DNA of 64,000 nt, taken from an uncultured delta proteobacterium (GTDB lineage Bacteria; Desulfobacterota; Syntrophia; Syntrophales; UBA5619). Of the stretch, positions 1-10,062 are shown in pieces (position 1 is the stretch's first letter; every line of letters starts with the position of its first letter). The stretch is taken from positions 37,358 to 101,357 of the forward strand of contig CAWFOM010000008.1 of NCBI GenBank assembly GCA_963817385.1, written 5' to 3'. A program made the position numbers and the translations under genes. The notes under the pieces were generated by a model, which saw only the letters and a list, made by a program, of their open reading frames with translations, had not been told where the DNA came from and searched no databases.

Positions 1-367
1 TGGAGTGGCTCACGGCCGTGAAGGCCACACCGGTCTGGCGGGCCTTTTCTATCGCCGTCCGCATCGCGCGGGCTGCGCCCACCTGGCCGATACTGTTGTT
101 ACAGGCAATGAGTGCGGTGGAAGGTTTCTCACGCACGACGACGAAGTTACTCTTCGCGCTCATGACCCCTTTCTGGATCCGCTCCACGTAGACGCAGAGC
201 ATACGAGTAATACCGTGGGTGTCCACACCCCGGAGGTTAGCCTCGATCATGGAGTCGGTGAGGAGCTTCGCGTCGTCCCGGCTGACTCCGACCTTCTGGA
301 AAACCTCCTGTGTCCAGCCCCGCAATCTCTCCGCAGGGAACATTATGCCGCCGTCAACACCCGCCAT
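1..367 (-). CDS. Ldh_2 family (type 2 malate/L-lactate/sulfolactate dehydrogenase-like) oxidoreductase, 3' end runs off the window
   Basis: Not in ORF track. Manual translation from ATG 367 (AGGAG RBS): MAGVDGGIMFPAERLRGWTQEVFQKVGVSRDDAKLLTDSMIEANLRGVDTHGITRM...SIGQVGAARAMRTAIEKARQTGVAFTAVSHS; contains the LRGVDxHG family motif. Confidence 0.85.
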   Translation of the reverse strand, partial: MAGVDGGIMFPAERLRGWTQEVFQKVGVSRDDAKLLTDSMIEANLRGVDTHGITRMLCVYVERIQKGVMSAKSNFVVVREKPSTALIACNNSIGQVGAARAMRTAIEKARQTGVAFTAVSHS

Positions 368-432
368 GCCGTATTCTCCTTTCTGCCGCCCTATTTGCAC
401 TATCCTCTCGGGGGATCATTGTTTCGGATTTG

Positions 433-460
433 AGTATATGAAGAGAGGCCCCTGTGTCAA
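433..460 (-). promoter_or_regulatory. sigma70-like promoter of the Ldh_2 gene
   Basis: TTGACA-N16-TATACT on minus strand. Confidence 0.5.
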
Positions 461-571
461 GCAATTAAAAGAATTCGCACTTGACAAGCGATAGTTGGAA
501 GAGTAGGAGGAATATTCGGTAGAATTCGCTTCAGACCCACCTTAACCGATCATTTGCGAAAGGAGATCAGT

Positions 572-1519
572 ATGAAACTGAAATCGACCCTACTGGCGTT
601 TACGCTCATGGCCGTGATAGTCATTCCCGTATCTGCACCGGCAGAGCAGATTACCCTGATGACCGGCCCCCAGGGTGGCGTGTGGGTGCCCCTCGGCGGT
701 GCACTGAAGGGGATGTGGGAAAAGGCGGTCCCCGGCCTCCAGGTGCAGATGCAGCCCGGCGCAGGAATCGCCAACATTCGCGGTGTCGACGAAGGCAAAG
801 CCCATGTCGGCTTCGGCAACACTATCACGACGGTTGACGGTCTCGCCGGCAGGCCGCCGTTCCCTAAGAAGGTTACCAAGGTCTGCCAGGTCGCCAACCT
901 CTACCCGCAGTATTTCCAGGTGGTGGTTCCCGTCGATACAAACATCAACAGTATCAATGACCTGAAGGGCAAGGTGATGGTTACGCAGCCGAAAGGCAAC
1001 ACCGCGGAGCTCATCAACATCCATATATTGCAGGTCCACGGGATGAACTACCAGTCGCTGTCGAAGGTGAATTTCATCAACTCCTACACCGATGCCGTAT
1101 CAATGGTGAAGGACGGCCACGCCCAGGTGTTTACGCTGGGGACGGCGGTTCCCTCATCGGCGGTGATGGATCTGGCAAGCGCGCGCGACATCAAGCTGAT
1201 CGGCATCGACGCCAAGATACTGGCCGACATGAAGAAGATCAACCCGGGCTACTCCAAACTCACCATCAAGGCCGGCACCTATCCGAAGCAGGACAAGGAT
1301 GTCGACGTGATCGGTTATGCGACACACATCGTCGCTTCCTGCGACCTGCCCGAAGAGATGGTCTACAAGATGACAAAGGCGATGGCAACCAATGTGAGCG
1401 ATATGGCGGCATCGAACAAGTCGATCAGCGGCTTGACGCCGAAGATCATGGCCGAGGACATCGGCGTACCCTTCCACAAGGGCGCCTTGAAGTTTTACAA
1501 GGAAGCGGGGGCACTCTGA
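572..1519 (+). CDS. TAXI family TRAP transporter solute-binding protein
   Basis: Signal peptide; TGPQGGVW, LYPQYFQVVV and VPFHKGALKFYKE motifs; AGGAG RBS before ATG 572. Confidence 0.9.
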   Translation: MKLKSTLLAFTLMAVIVIPVSAPAEQITLMTGPQGGVWVPLGGALKGMWEKAVPGLQVQMQPGAGIANIRGVDEGKAHVGFGNTITTVDGLAGRPPFPKKVTKVCQVANLYPQYFQVVVPVDTNINSINDLKGKVMVTQPKGNTAELINIHILQVHGMNYQSLSKVNFINSYTDAVSMVKDGHAQVFTLGTAVPSSAVMDLASARDIKLIGIDAKILADMKKINPGYSKLTIKAGTYPKQDKDVDVIGYATHIVASCDLPEEMVYKMTKAMATNVSDMAASNKSISGLTPKIMAEDIGVPFHKGALKFYKEAGAL

Positions 1520-1551
1520 TTTCGAGTTCCCCTTCACCCCGCAGCACCATC

Positions 1552-1580
1552 GCGGGGCGGCCCCGGCCGCCCCGCTTTTT
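1552..1580 (+). terminator. GC-rich hairpin plus T5 between binding-protein and permease genes
   Basis: GCGGGGCGGC-CCCG-GCCGCCCCGC-TTTTT. Confidence 0.65.
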
Positions 1581-1615
1581 ACATCTGTAGTCCGCATCAC
1601 CCGGAGGAGGCACTC

Positions 1616-3508
1616 ATGTCAGAAGCCGTTCCCGTCATTTCCGAAGAGGTACAGGCAACCCCGCCCAAGACAAAGGCGCTCAAGCGGATCGTTTCGGTGA
1701 TCGCCATCACTATGTCGCTGTTCCACATGTACGTCGCCGGATTCGGACCGCCGGAGGCGATGATCTTCCGGGGCACCCATCTGCTGTTTGCACTCACCCT
1801 CGTCTTCCTGCTGTACCCACTCAAGCCCGGCGGGGGCATCGGCTGGCGCATCATCGATGGAATCATGCTCATCGGCTCGTGGGCTTTCATCCTCCACATC
1901 TTTTTCAATTACGAATACGTTACCTACCGCACCATCTATATCGATGACATGACGACCCTCGACAAGGTCTACGCGGTAATATCGGTGCTGATCGTCCTCG
2001 ATGCGACCCGTCGCGTCCTCGGCTGGGCGCTGCCGATCACCGCGTTCATCTTCCTCGCCTACACGGCCTTCCTCACCAACGTGAAGATGCCGATCCTGGC
2101 GGAGCAGATGTATCTCTCCCTCGAGGGGATCTTCGGCCCGACGCTGGGGGTGTCGGCCTCCTACGTGATGCTGTTCGTCCTGTTCGGCGCGTTCATGGAA
2201 CGGAGCGGCACCGGAAGGCTGTTCATGGACTTCGCGCTCGCGATTACCGGCCACACCGCCGGCGGCCCGGGCAAGGTTTCGGTGGTGAGTTCGAGCTTGT
2301 TCGGGACGGTTTCGGGGAGCGCCGTCGCCAATGTGATGGTTGACGGACCGATCACCATTCCGCTGATGAAGAAAACCGGCTTTACCCCGCCGTTCGCCGC
2401 AGCGGTCGAGGCGGTTGCATCGACCGGCGGTCAGATCATGCCGCCGGTGATGGGCGCAGCAGCATTCGTGATGGCCGAGTTCCTGGCGGTGAGCTACTTC
2501 CAGGTGACGCTCTGGGCGGCGATCCCGGCGATCCTGTATTACGTAGCGGTCTTTTTCTCGGTCCATTTCAGAGCGAAGCGCGTAGGGCTTCTGGGGGTGC
2601 CCAGGTCGGAACTGCCGCATCTTGGGACGGTGATGCGTGAGCGGGGGCATCTGTTCACGCCCATTTTCATCGTCTTTATCGGGCTCGTCGCGGGCTACAG
2701 CGCCCCGCTGTGCGCGCTTGCGGGCACCCTCGCCTGCCTCCCCATGGCGCTCCTCAAGAAGATCACGCGCCAGGACATCACCTGGAAGTCGGTGGTCGAG
2801 GCGCTCGAAGACGGGGCGCGCAACACGCTCCTCGTGGCGATGGCCTGCGCCTGCGCCGGGATCGTGATCGGCTGTGTGACGCTTACCGGATTGGGGATCA
2901 GCTTCACCCAGCTCGTGGTAGGGCTGGCGCGGGAGATGCTGCCCCTTGCGCTCGCACTTACCGCGGTCGCCGGCATCGTCCTCGGCATGGGGATGCCGAC
3001 CACCCCCGCCTACATCGTCATGGTCTCGCTGCTCGTTCCGGCGCTCATTAAACTCGGCGCCATCGCCCCGGCGGCACATATGTTCGCCTTCTATTTCGCG
3101 ATCCTCTCGGCAATCACCCCGCCGGTTGCGCTCGCGGTTTTTGCCGCAGCCAGCCTCGGGAAAACCGACCTCTGGAAGTCGGGATGGGAGGCGGTGCGGA
3201 TCGGCGCCGCCGGCTTCATCGTGCCCTTCATGTTCGTGTACGAGCCGGCGATCCTGATGATCGGCGATTGGCAGACCATCGTCTCCTCGTTCATAACCGC
3301 GACACTCGGCACGATTCTCCTCGCCGCTTCGCTGCAAGGCTACCTGATCAGACCGGCAACGATGTGGCAGCGGGTGGTCCTGTTCGTCGCAGCGCTCTGC
3401 CTGATAAAACCGGGCTGGATCACCGACATCATCGGCCTCGCATTGCTGGCGATCGTGCTCGCCGTCCAATATGCCGCCATGCCGAAGATCGACAAAAAAC
3501 CGGCCTGA
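1616..3508 (+). CDS. TRAP transporter fused 4TM/12TM permease (TAXI type)
   Basis: Polytopic; GGPGKVSVVSS, EAVASTGGQIMPPVMGAAAF, GMGMPTTPAY and ITPPVA motifs. Confidence 0.92.
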   Translation: MSEAVPVISEEVQATPPKTKALKRIVSVIAITMSLFHMYVAGFGPPEAMIFRGTHLLFALTLVFLLYPLKPGGGIGWRIIDGIMLIGSWAFILHIFFNYEYVTYRTIYIDDMTTLDKVYAVISVLIVLDATRRVLGWALPITAFIFLAYTAFLTNVKMPILAEQMYLSLEGIFGPTLGVSASYVMLFVLFGAFMERSGTGRLFMDFALAITGHTAGGPGKVSVVSSSLFGTVSGSAVANVMVDGPITIPLMKKTGFTPPFAAAVEAVASTGGQIMPPVMGAAAFVMAEFLAVSYFQVTLWAAIPAILYYVAVFFSVHFRAKRVGLLGVPRSELPHLGTVMRERGHLFTPIFIVFIGLVAGYSAPLCALAGTLACLPMALLKKITRQDITWKSVVEALEDGARNTLLVAMACACAGIVIGCVTLTGLGISFTQLVVGLAREMLPLALALTAVAGIVLGMGMPTTPAYIVMVSLLVPALIKLGAIAPAAHMFAFYFAILSAITPPVALAVFAAASLGKTDLWKSGWEAVRIGAAGFIVPFMFVYEPAILMIGDWQTIVSSFITATLGTILLAASLQGYLIRPATMWQRVVLFVAALCLIKPGWITDIIGLALLAIVLAVQYAAMPKIDKKPA

Positions 3509-3588
3509 TCCCCCATTCGGGCAGCCGCTGTCACGGGTAGAGCGCGATAATCTCATTGCCGGCTCTCTTAGCGCCATCGCGACAACGA

Positions 3589-4063
3589 TCACGCGTGACG
3601 CGGCGGAATATTCGTCCATCAGGTACTCCTCGACACGCCGGGGGTGCGTCCCCGGCCAGAAGACCCTTCCGCAGAGGCGGCAGATGCGGAATTGGGCGCA
3701 GGTCTCGAAAATATAGGCGGGAACCAGGCCCATCATCGCTTCTTTCGGCACCTCTTCCAGCATTGCATTGCATCTCAGGCAGCGGGTCATCCGCTTCGCC
3801 GGATCGGGCTCCAGGGCCAGCGCCTCCAGAACCTCGCCGATCTGCCTGCCGACCCGGTCGGCATTCACCACGACGAGACTTCCCGGGCGGGGCAGGCGGG
3901 CAAGATCCCGCTTCCGGGTGAGGGCAATCCTCCCCTCCTCCCCGGCCTTCCGGAGAAATGTCCGATCCGCATCCCCCCGGTCATACAGGGTGTCGTACCC
4001 GAGTATTCTTAGCCATTTCGCCAGTTTCCCCAGGTTGCAATCCGCGACAAATCGGACATCCAT
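3589..4063 (-). CDS. Mut7-C RNase (PIN-fold + Zn ribbon) domain protein; no in-frame stop near the domain end (frame open to 1619)
   Basis: FVADCNLGKLAKWLRILGYD, RCLRCN, CRLCGRVFWPGTH. The 3' coordinate given is the +1-frame TGA closing TNIPPRHA (inferred). Confidence 0.75.
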
Positions 4064-4149
4064 GATACTCTCTTACAAAAGTCATTATTTCCCGCCCTCC
4101 CTTTATCCCTGCTCACCACCATAGGGCGCAAGGTACTCTTACGGGATCG

Positions 4150-4998
4150 TTACCCATGGCTGCCATCGGGCGGGAAGCGATTCAAGGTAAAGCGGCCGTC
4201 ATCGTACAAGAGGTAAGAGTCGCGGGTGATCCAGTCGCCCAGGGTCGCAAAGGTCTTTCTTCTTCCGTCGCAGAGCTCCTCGCGGAGGAACGGTTTATGA
4301 CAATGGCCGAGGATCACGGCATCATAGCCTTCCTGAAATTTTCCCCGCGCAAACCGATGCATGATTTCCACCAGACGGTCTACAGATTCCCCGGACATCT
4401 CCTTGCTCATCTTCGAACTTATACGGGCCATCCGCCAGAGCAGCTTCAGGGGGAGCAGCCGCTGCAGACGGTAGACGAAGGGACTTCGCAGGAATCCCCT
4501 GAGCGCCAGGTATTTCCGGTTGCCCCGGTCCACGGTATCCCCGTGGGAAACGAGTATCCGGCGGCCGTCAATTTCAAAATCCGCCCACTCCGGATAGACC
4601 TCGATCCCGAGCCGTCCGGAAAAATACTCATCAAGAAAAAAATCATGGTTTCCCTCGCAGAAACTGATCCGGACCCCTTCCCGGTTCAAGGCCGCGATTC
4701 TCTCTACCATCTGCCGGAAAGCGGGATAGATGGCATCCCCTCTCGCGAACCAGAAATCGAAGAAATCTCCTGCGATAACGAGATGATCAATGGTATACTG
4801 ATCCTCAGATACCTGCCCGCAACCGATATGGCCCCTGCCCCGGAGTCGGTCGAAAAAACGGATGAGCTTTTCATGGGCGGCATCCCCCGGACCTTTCAGG
4901 TGAGCGTCGGAGAGGAAGATCACCTTCATACCGGCGTTCCGGGGTGGAAGGTCGCCCGCAAACGGCAGGGTATTTTTGAATAAATCAGTCCCGTCCAT
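4150..4998 (-). CDS. lpxH: UDP-2,3-diacylglucosamine diphosphatase (LpxH-like metallophosphoesterase)
   Basis: SDAH, GDFFDFW, GNHD, HGD and GHCH motifs; start at 4998 or 4929. Confidence 0.8.
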   Translation of the reverse strand: MDGTDLFKNTLPFAGDLPPRNAGMKVIFLSDAHLKGPGDAAHEKLIRFFDRLRGRGHIGCGQVSEDQYTIDHLVIAGDFFDFWFARGDAIYPAFRQMVERIAALNREGVRISFCEGNHDFFLDEYFSGRLGIEVYPEWADFEIDGRRILVSHGDTVDRGNRKYLALRGFLRSPFVYRLQRLLPLKLLWRMARISSKMSKEMSGESVDRLVEIMHRFARGKFQEGYDAVILGHCHKPFLREELCDGRRKTFATLGDWITRDSYLLYDDGRFTLNRFPPDGSHG

Positions 4999-5239
4999 AT
5001 CAGCGCCTCTATCAGATTTGTCGCTTCTGTTCAAGACCGGAAATGGAACATTCTTCGTTCCTCTTCTCCCGGAGTGTAATCGGCATCCGTAAATCACTGT
5101 TCCGGCCGGGCGTTACCAACCGAATTGGGGGGCGGCACCGCAGGAAAAACCGTTGACAAGCCTCCCTGCGATCCGATAGAAGAACGACGGTATGCGGACA
5201 GGCCGCTGCCGCACAAAAATCACGATGGGAGGGGATTTC

Positions 5240-5920
5240 TTGACAGGAACCTTGATAAACGCGGGGGCGATCCTCGCCGGAAGCTTGATCGGCCTGGCTG
5301 CCGGAAAACACCTTCCGGAGAGGCTCAAAACCACCGCCATGCAGGGACTCGGTCTCTCGGTGATCCTGATCGGGCTGCAGATGGCCCTCTCCGGAACGGA
5401 GCCTTTGACGGCCATCGGCTGTTTACTGGCGGGCGCCGTGACCGGTGAACTCCTCAGGATCGAGCAAGGCGTGGAGCGCGTCGGCGAATGGCTCAAGACG
5501 CGAACCGGTTCGAGTTCCTCAACGTTCGTCCAAGGGTTCGTCTCCGCATCGATTCTGTATCTCACCGGGGCGATGATGATCGTCGGCTGTATCCAGGACG
5601 GCACGATTGGCGACACCCGCACCCTCGCCATCAAATCCCTTCTCGACGGCGTGGCCTCCGTCGCCCTTGCCTCGACCCTGGGGGCGGGCGTGACGTTCTC
5701 CGCCCTTTCGGTCCTCTTGGTCCAGGGCGTCCTCACGCTGCTCGCCTCGCACCTCTCATTCCTGCGTGAACCGGCTGTCCTGAGCGCAGTGACCGCGACC
5801 GGCGGTCTCGTGATCCTGGGAATCGGCATTACCCTCCTGAATCTCACGCGGATACGCATCGGCAACTTCCTCCCAGCCCTTTTCTATGCCATCGCCGAGG
5901 CCGTCTACTTTCCCGGATAA
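5240..5920 (+). CDS. DUF554 (YdfK/YqgA) membrane protein
   Basis: GTLINAGAILAGSLIG, GAMMIVGCIQDG, KSLLDG; TTG start after GGAGG. Confidence 0.85.
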   Translation: MTGTLINAGAILAGSLIGLAAGKHLPERLKTTAMQGLGLSVILIGLQMALSGTEPLTAIGCLLAGAVTGELLRIEQGVERVGEWLKTRTGSSSSTFVQGFVSASILYLTGAMMIVGCIQDGTIGDTRTLAIKSLLDGVASVALASTLGAGVTFSALSVLLVQGVLTLLASHLSFLREPAVLSAVTATGGLVILGIGITLLNLTRIRIGNFLPALFYAIAEAVYFPG

Positions 5921-6430
5921 TCAGCACCTATATGAGGCTGGAAGCCCCTTCGGCGAACACATTGTCAAAGTCATTGGCGCGATGATTTTGTCACAAAACC
6001 CTGTGGCGCAATCAGCAGGAAGCCGGAAGGGCGTGACCCGCCATAAACCAACAGCCACCTCATAAAAAAAATTTTCGGTACTCGGAACAAATACGCCTTC
6101 GGTATAGTGAAAAATATTTCGGGGTACCGATGAAAGAGGGCGAACGGGATACGGGAAAAAGAAAACCGCTTTGCGCTTTCCGGGGGAGAAAGCCAGGGTT
6201 CAGTTCAAGCCGGGATGATAAAAGCTCTTTTCGAGTATGAGATTACAAATATGCAGGAGTTACGTCGATAATAAAGGGTTTCTTTTTCTCGATAATTATG
6301 GTAGGGTTACGCTCCATCCGGAGAAAGATTTTTTTAAGCGTCACGGCGGGCTTATGCCGCCGCAGATTTTGTCTGGACAGCTTTACGGATCATTCTCTAT
6401 TTGCAGTCCTTTTGTGAGGCTGTTTTTCCC

Positions 6431-7429
6431 ATGAAAAACCCTGATCTTAAATTTGTAACACGCGATGAATTGAAAATCGGCATGTATGTGGTCATACCCC
6501 TGGCATGGCACCAGCATCCTTTTTTAAAAAACCATTTTCTCATCGAATCTGACGCAGAAATTAGGAAAATCAAAGAACTCGGGGTCAAAGCCATTCAGGT
6601 TGATCCTGCGAAAAGCCGGATCGTCGAAACACCCGCTGCGGAACAGCGACGCTTCCCCGCTGAAACGGGCAAACACCAGCCTGCGCCGACGGTAATCACG
6701 GATGAGCTCATCACCACCATCCAGGACAAGTCATTGCCGCGCGAGGATAAATCCCGGCTCGTCCGCCAGCACGCCATCGTTATGATGAAAAATCTGCTGG
6801 AAAATCCTACCGCGCAAAATATCCAGGAGGCAAAAAAAGGGATCACCGAGGTGGTAAACCTAATCCTGACCGACAATGCGATATTACACTACCTCCTCGA
6901 CATCACCTCCCATGATTTTTACACCTACACCCATTCGGTCAGTGTGGGTATTCTGGGTATCGCCCTTGCCAAATCATTGTTCAAAAATTCAGACGCTCAT
7001 GACATGCAGGCATTAGGGGTGGGTTTTTTTTTGCATGACGTCGGTAAGGTTGGAATTAACCAGGCGATCATCATGAAACCCGGCAAACTGACCGCCCATG
7101 AGATGGAGGAGATGCGGCGGCATCCGTTACTGGGATACAAGCTGCTGCAGGAAACAAATCAGCTTACGGGAGAATCGAAAACGATTGTCCTCCAGCATCA
7201 CGAGCGAATTGACGGGACGGGATACCCCCGCCGGCTGCGCGGTGAAAACATCCAGATCTACGGGAGAATCTGCTCCATTGCCGATGTTTACGAATCCATG
7301 ACCTCGGACCGCCCGTACCGCCAGAAGCTGTTGCCATTCGAAGCCTTGAAAATCATGCATGAAGAGATGGGTCATCATTTTCAAAAAGACCTTTTTGAGA
7401 AATTCGTCTTGCTCTTCAAGGCGCCGTGA
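6431..7429 (+). CDS. HD-GYP cyclic-dinucleotide phosphodiesterase with DUF3391-like N-terminus
   Basis: YTYTHS, HDVGK, HHERIDGTGYP, IADVYESMTSDRPYR. Confidence 0.9.
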   Translation: MKNPDLKFVTRDELKIGMYVVIPLAWHQHPFLKNHFLIESDAEIRKIKELGVKAIQVDPAKSRIVETPAAEQRRFPAETGKHQPAPTVITDELITTIQDKSLPREDKSRLVRQHAIVMMKNLLENPTAQNIQEAKKGITEVVNLILTDNAILHYLLDITSHDFYTYTHSVSVGILGIALAKSLFKNSDAHDMQALGVGFFLHDVGKVGINQAIIMKPGKLTAHEMEEMRRHPLLGYKLLQETNQLTGESKTIVLQHHERIDGTGYPRRLRGENIQIYGRICSIADVYESMTSDRPYRQKLLPFEALKIMHEEMGHHFQKDLFEKFVLLFKAP

Positions 7430-7472
7430 CACCGTAACACTTACCCATAATTGCCACGATACACGGGAGGCT

Positions 7473-9164
7473 CTAATCCCGAAGACGACGTTCTCCGAGA
7501 CGCATCGGGAGAATTACGGCAAGGATACAGAGGAGTACGACGAGGGTAAACGAAACGACCAGCCATACCCACTGCAGGCCGGAGAGGCTCCGCCTATGGA
7601 AGCCTGCCATGAACACGGAATAGACCGGTCCCGCTTCAAGGATGATAACCGCCGCGATGAAGCCGACCGCAAGGAGCATGAAAAGGAGCCCCCCGAAGCT
7701 GGTAACCGACTGGGACGGGTTTTCTGACTGGAAGTCGGGATAGGCGGCACCGAGGCCCACCCCCAGGGCAACCACGCCCGGCACCATCAGAAAGACCGTG
7801 ACAACCGACAGGGCCATCATGAACGGCGTGACCTGAAGGAGAATATTGGAGCTCACGATGAGGATCTCCGCAAGGATGAGGAGCGGAAGATAATAGACGG
7901 CAAATTTGATCCAGAGAAAGGTCCGAAGCGATATGGGCGCCGCCCGGACGATCCAGAAGGCATCCCCTTCGAAACTGACCGCCGGATAGACGAATCGGGC
8001 GGCAACCGCCGTCAGGACGAAGGCTGCCAGCCCCATGTTCAGGAAAGAAAAGATATTCTGCAGGTATATCGTCTTCATCGTTGCTTGTCCCAAGGGGAGA
8101 ACCGAGAAGTTATAAAGATAGATCACGATCAGGGCCGCGATGAGAAAGAGTTGCGGCCACTGGGTCTGGTCCCGAAAGAAGGTCCGGAACTCCTTGACGG
8201 CAAACGCCCCTGCCGGTCCGGAGAGCCTCTCCAATAAGCGGTGCCTGTTCCCGCTTCGGTCCTCCCGAAGGGGAAACAGCCTTTCCGGCGCGGTCTGCGC
8301 CTTCGTGTATCCGACGAAATAAAGGCCCTCCGCCACCCATGTCGCAACGAAGGCAAGTGCCGCCGCACAACTCCAAGCGAGGGAGAGATGGAAGAAGGTC
8401 TCGCCCCTGTTACCCGAAAGCGCCGCATTGAGGCTGTCAAAAGCCCAGGTGGAGGGAAGCAGCGGGGAGCCGGGTGACCCCATCTCACGCAGATAGAGGA
8501 CCAGTGTGGCAAACGTCTCCGGATTGACCAGCCTCTCCGGCCGCATGAGACGGAAAGCGAGGATGAGCACCATGATCAGGAGCAACCCGAAGAACACGAA
8601 TACCGTCCTGATCCGCCCCGCCGGAAGGAGAACCGCCGCAATGACCACCGCCAGTGCGCTGATGGCAGAGGCAATCAGGCACAGCGGGATGAGCGTCATC
8701 CCCGCCGTCCAGTAGAAGAACGGTCCCGCCTGGTAGACGATCCCGTATGAGAGAAAAACGGGCAGGCTGAAAACCATCACCATCCAGGAGCTGTCTGCCG
8801 TACTTTCCAGCCAGCGCGCCAGAAAGATCTTCCCTCCCGCCACCGGAAGCGAATGGACCAAAAGCAGGTCGCGGCTGAGGTAGAGCTTGGAGAGAGAGGA
8901 GACGATGCTGCTGAAAACCAGGAGCGAGAAAAAGGTCAGGAGAACCATTGAAAGGAGCTTCCGGGCCAGGACATCGCCGAACTCCTCGATCCCCTGAAAA
9001 TAGTTTAGAACCCGATAGAAGATAAGGAAAGCGCCGACCCAGAAGGCAAGACCGATCGCTGCAAAGAGAAGGTACCGGATCCGGCGGTTTCCGGCGGTCC
9101 GGGAGTCGCTTCCGTTCTTGAAGGAGAGGAGCCGGGGCCGGAGCAGGGCAATGAGTTCATTCAT
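7473..9164 (-). CDS. putative ABC exporter permease
   Basis: Polytopic membrane protein with KEFRTFFRD motif, downstream of ABC ATPase. Confidence 0.75.
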   Translation of the reverse strand: MNELIALLRPRLLSFKNGSDSRTAGNRRIRYLLFAAIGLAFWVGAFLIFYRVLNYFQGIEEFGDVLARKLLSMVLLTFFSLLVFSSIVSSLSKLYLSRDLLLVHSLPVAGGKIFLARWLESTADSSWMVMVFSLPVFLSYGIVYQAGPFFYWTAGMTLIPLCLIASAISALAVVIAAVLLPAGRIRTVFVFFGLLLIMVLILAFRLMRPERLVNPETFATLVLYLREMGSPGSPLLPSTWAFDSLNAALSGNRGETFFHLSLAWSCAAALAFVATWVAEGLYFVGYTKAQTAPERLFPLREDRSGNRHRLLERLSGPAGAFAVKEFRTFFRDQTQWPQLFLIAALIVIYLYNFSVLPLGQATMKTIYLQNIFSFLNMGLAAFVLTAVAARFVYPAVSFEGDAFWIVRAAPISLRTFLWIKFAVYYLPLLILAEILIVSSNILLQVTPFMMALSVVTVFLMVPGVVALGVGLGAAYPDFQSENPSQSVTSFGGLLFMLLAVGFIAAVIILEAGPVYSVFMAGFHRRSLSGLQWVWLVVSFTLVVLLCILAVILPMRLGERRLRD

Positions 9165-9202
9165 GATGATCCCAAACAATGTTTCCAAGGTCTCGAAAAA
9201 TG

Positions 9203-9329
9203 GGACGACTTCGGAAAAAGCTCGCAGGCAAGGCGCGCGAATCCCGAGAAGTGAGGCGTACACGGTCGTACGCCGCAACGACGAAGGATGAAGCGCAACG
9301 CAGCATCCGGGCTTTTTCCGATGTCGTCC
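9203..9329. mobile_element. MITE-like intergenic element (~127 bp) with 22-bp terminal inverted repeats
   Basis: GGACGACTTCGGAAAAAGCTCG ... CGGGCTTTTTCCGATGTCGTCC (2 mismatches); internal hairpin GGCGTAC-N5-GTACGCC. Confidence 0.65.
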
Positions 9330-9330
9330 T

Positions 9331-10062
9331 TCATGGCGTCTCCTTCCCGGTCAGCCTCAGGAACACCTCCTCCAGATCTCCCTCCTGGAGACGGGCCGTC
9401 CCCCGCAGGTCGCCTGTGGTACCCAGTGCAACCAGCCTCCCCCGGTGGATGATCCCGATCCGGTCACAGAGGTCTTCGGCGATCTCCAGGGTATGGGTGG
9501 ACATGAAGATAGTGGTCCCCCGGCGGGCCAGCTCCCGAAGGAGATCCTTGACCATCCGGATCCCCGCCGGATCGAGCCCGACCATGGGTTCATCCACGAT
9601 GATCACACGGGGATCGTGCAGCAGGGCCGAGGCGATCACCAGCCGCTGTTTCATCCCGTGGGAATAGGCTTCGATCAGCTGATCGGCCCAGTCGTAAAGG
9701 GAAAACTGGATCAGGAGTCCCTCGGCCTTCTCCCGAAAGATCCCGTTGCCGCACCCGTAGAGATCGGCGATAAACCGCAGGAATTCCAGGCCGGTCAGCT
9801 TCTCGTAGAGGAAAGGCCTATCCGGAATGAAGCCGATGATTCTCTTGGCCGCCTCCGGATCCGCCGCCATGGGGATCCCGTCGATCAGGACCGCCCCCTC
9901 CGTCGGCCCCAGGACGCCCGCCATCATGCGGATCGTGGTGGTTTTCCCGGCGCCGTTGGGTCCGATAAAACCGAAGATCTCCCCTTTTGCCACAGAGAGG
10001 CTGAGATGGTCTACCGCCAGGGTGCGTCCGTACCGTTTGGTCAGGTTCGTCAGTTCGATCAT
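9331..10062 (-). CDS. ABC transporter ATP-binding protein
   Basis: GPNGAGKTT, YSHGMKQR, IIVDEP, STH. Confidence 0.93.
   Translation of the reverse strand: MIELTNLTKRYGRTLAVDHLSLSVAKGEIFGFIGPNGAGKTTTIRMMAGVLGPTEGAVLIDGIPMAADPEAAKRIIGFIPDRPFLYEKLTGLEFLRFIADLYGCGNGIFREKAEGLLIQFSLYDWADQLIEAYSHGMKQRLVIASALLHDPRVIIVDEPMVGLDPAGIRMVKDLLRELARRGTTIFMSTHTLEIAEDLCDRIGIIHRGRLVALGTTGDLRGTARLQEGDLEEVFLRLTGKETP

Noticed and set aside
6160..6200. GCGCAAAGC on the minus strand suggesting a c-di-GMP-I riboswitch
   Set aside because: Wrong orientation for the HD-GYP gene and lacks the GYAAAC/GNRA P1-P2 architecture.
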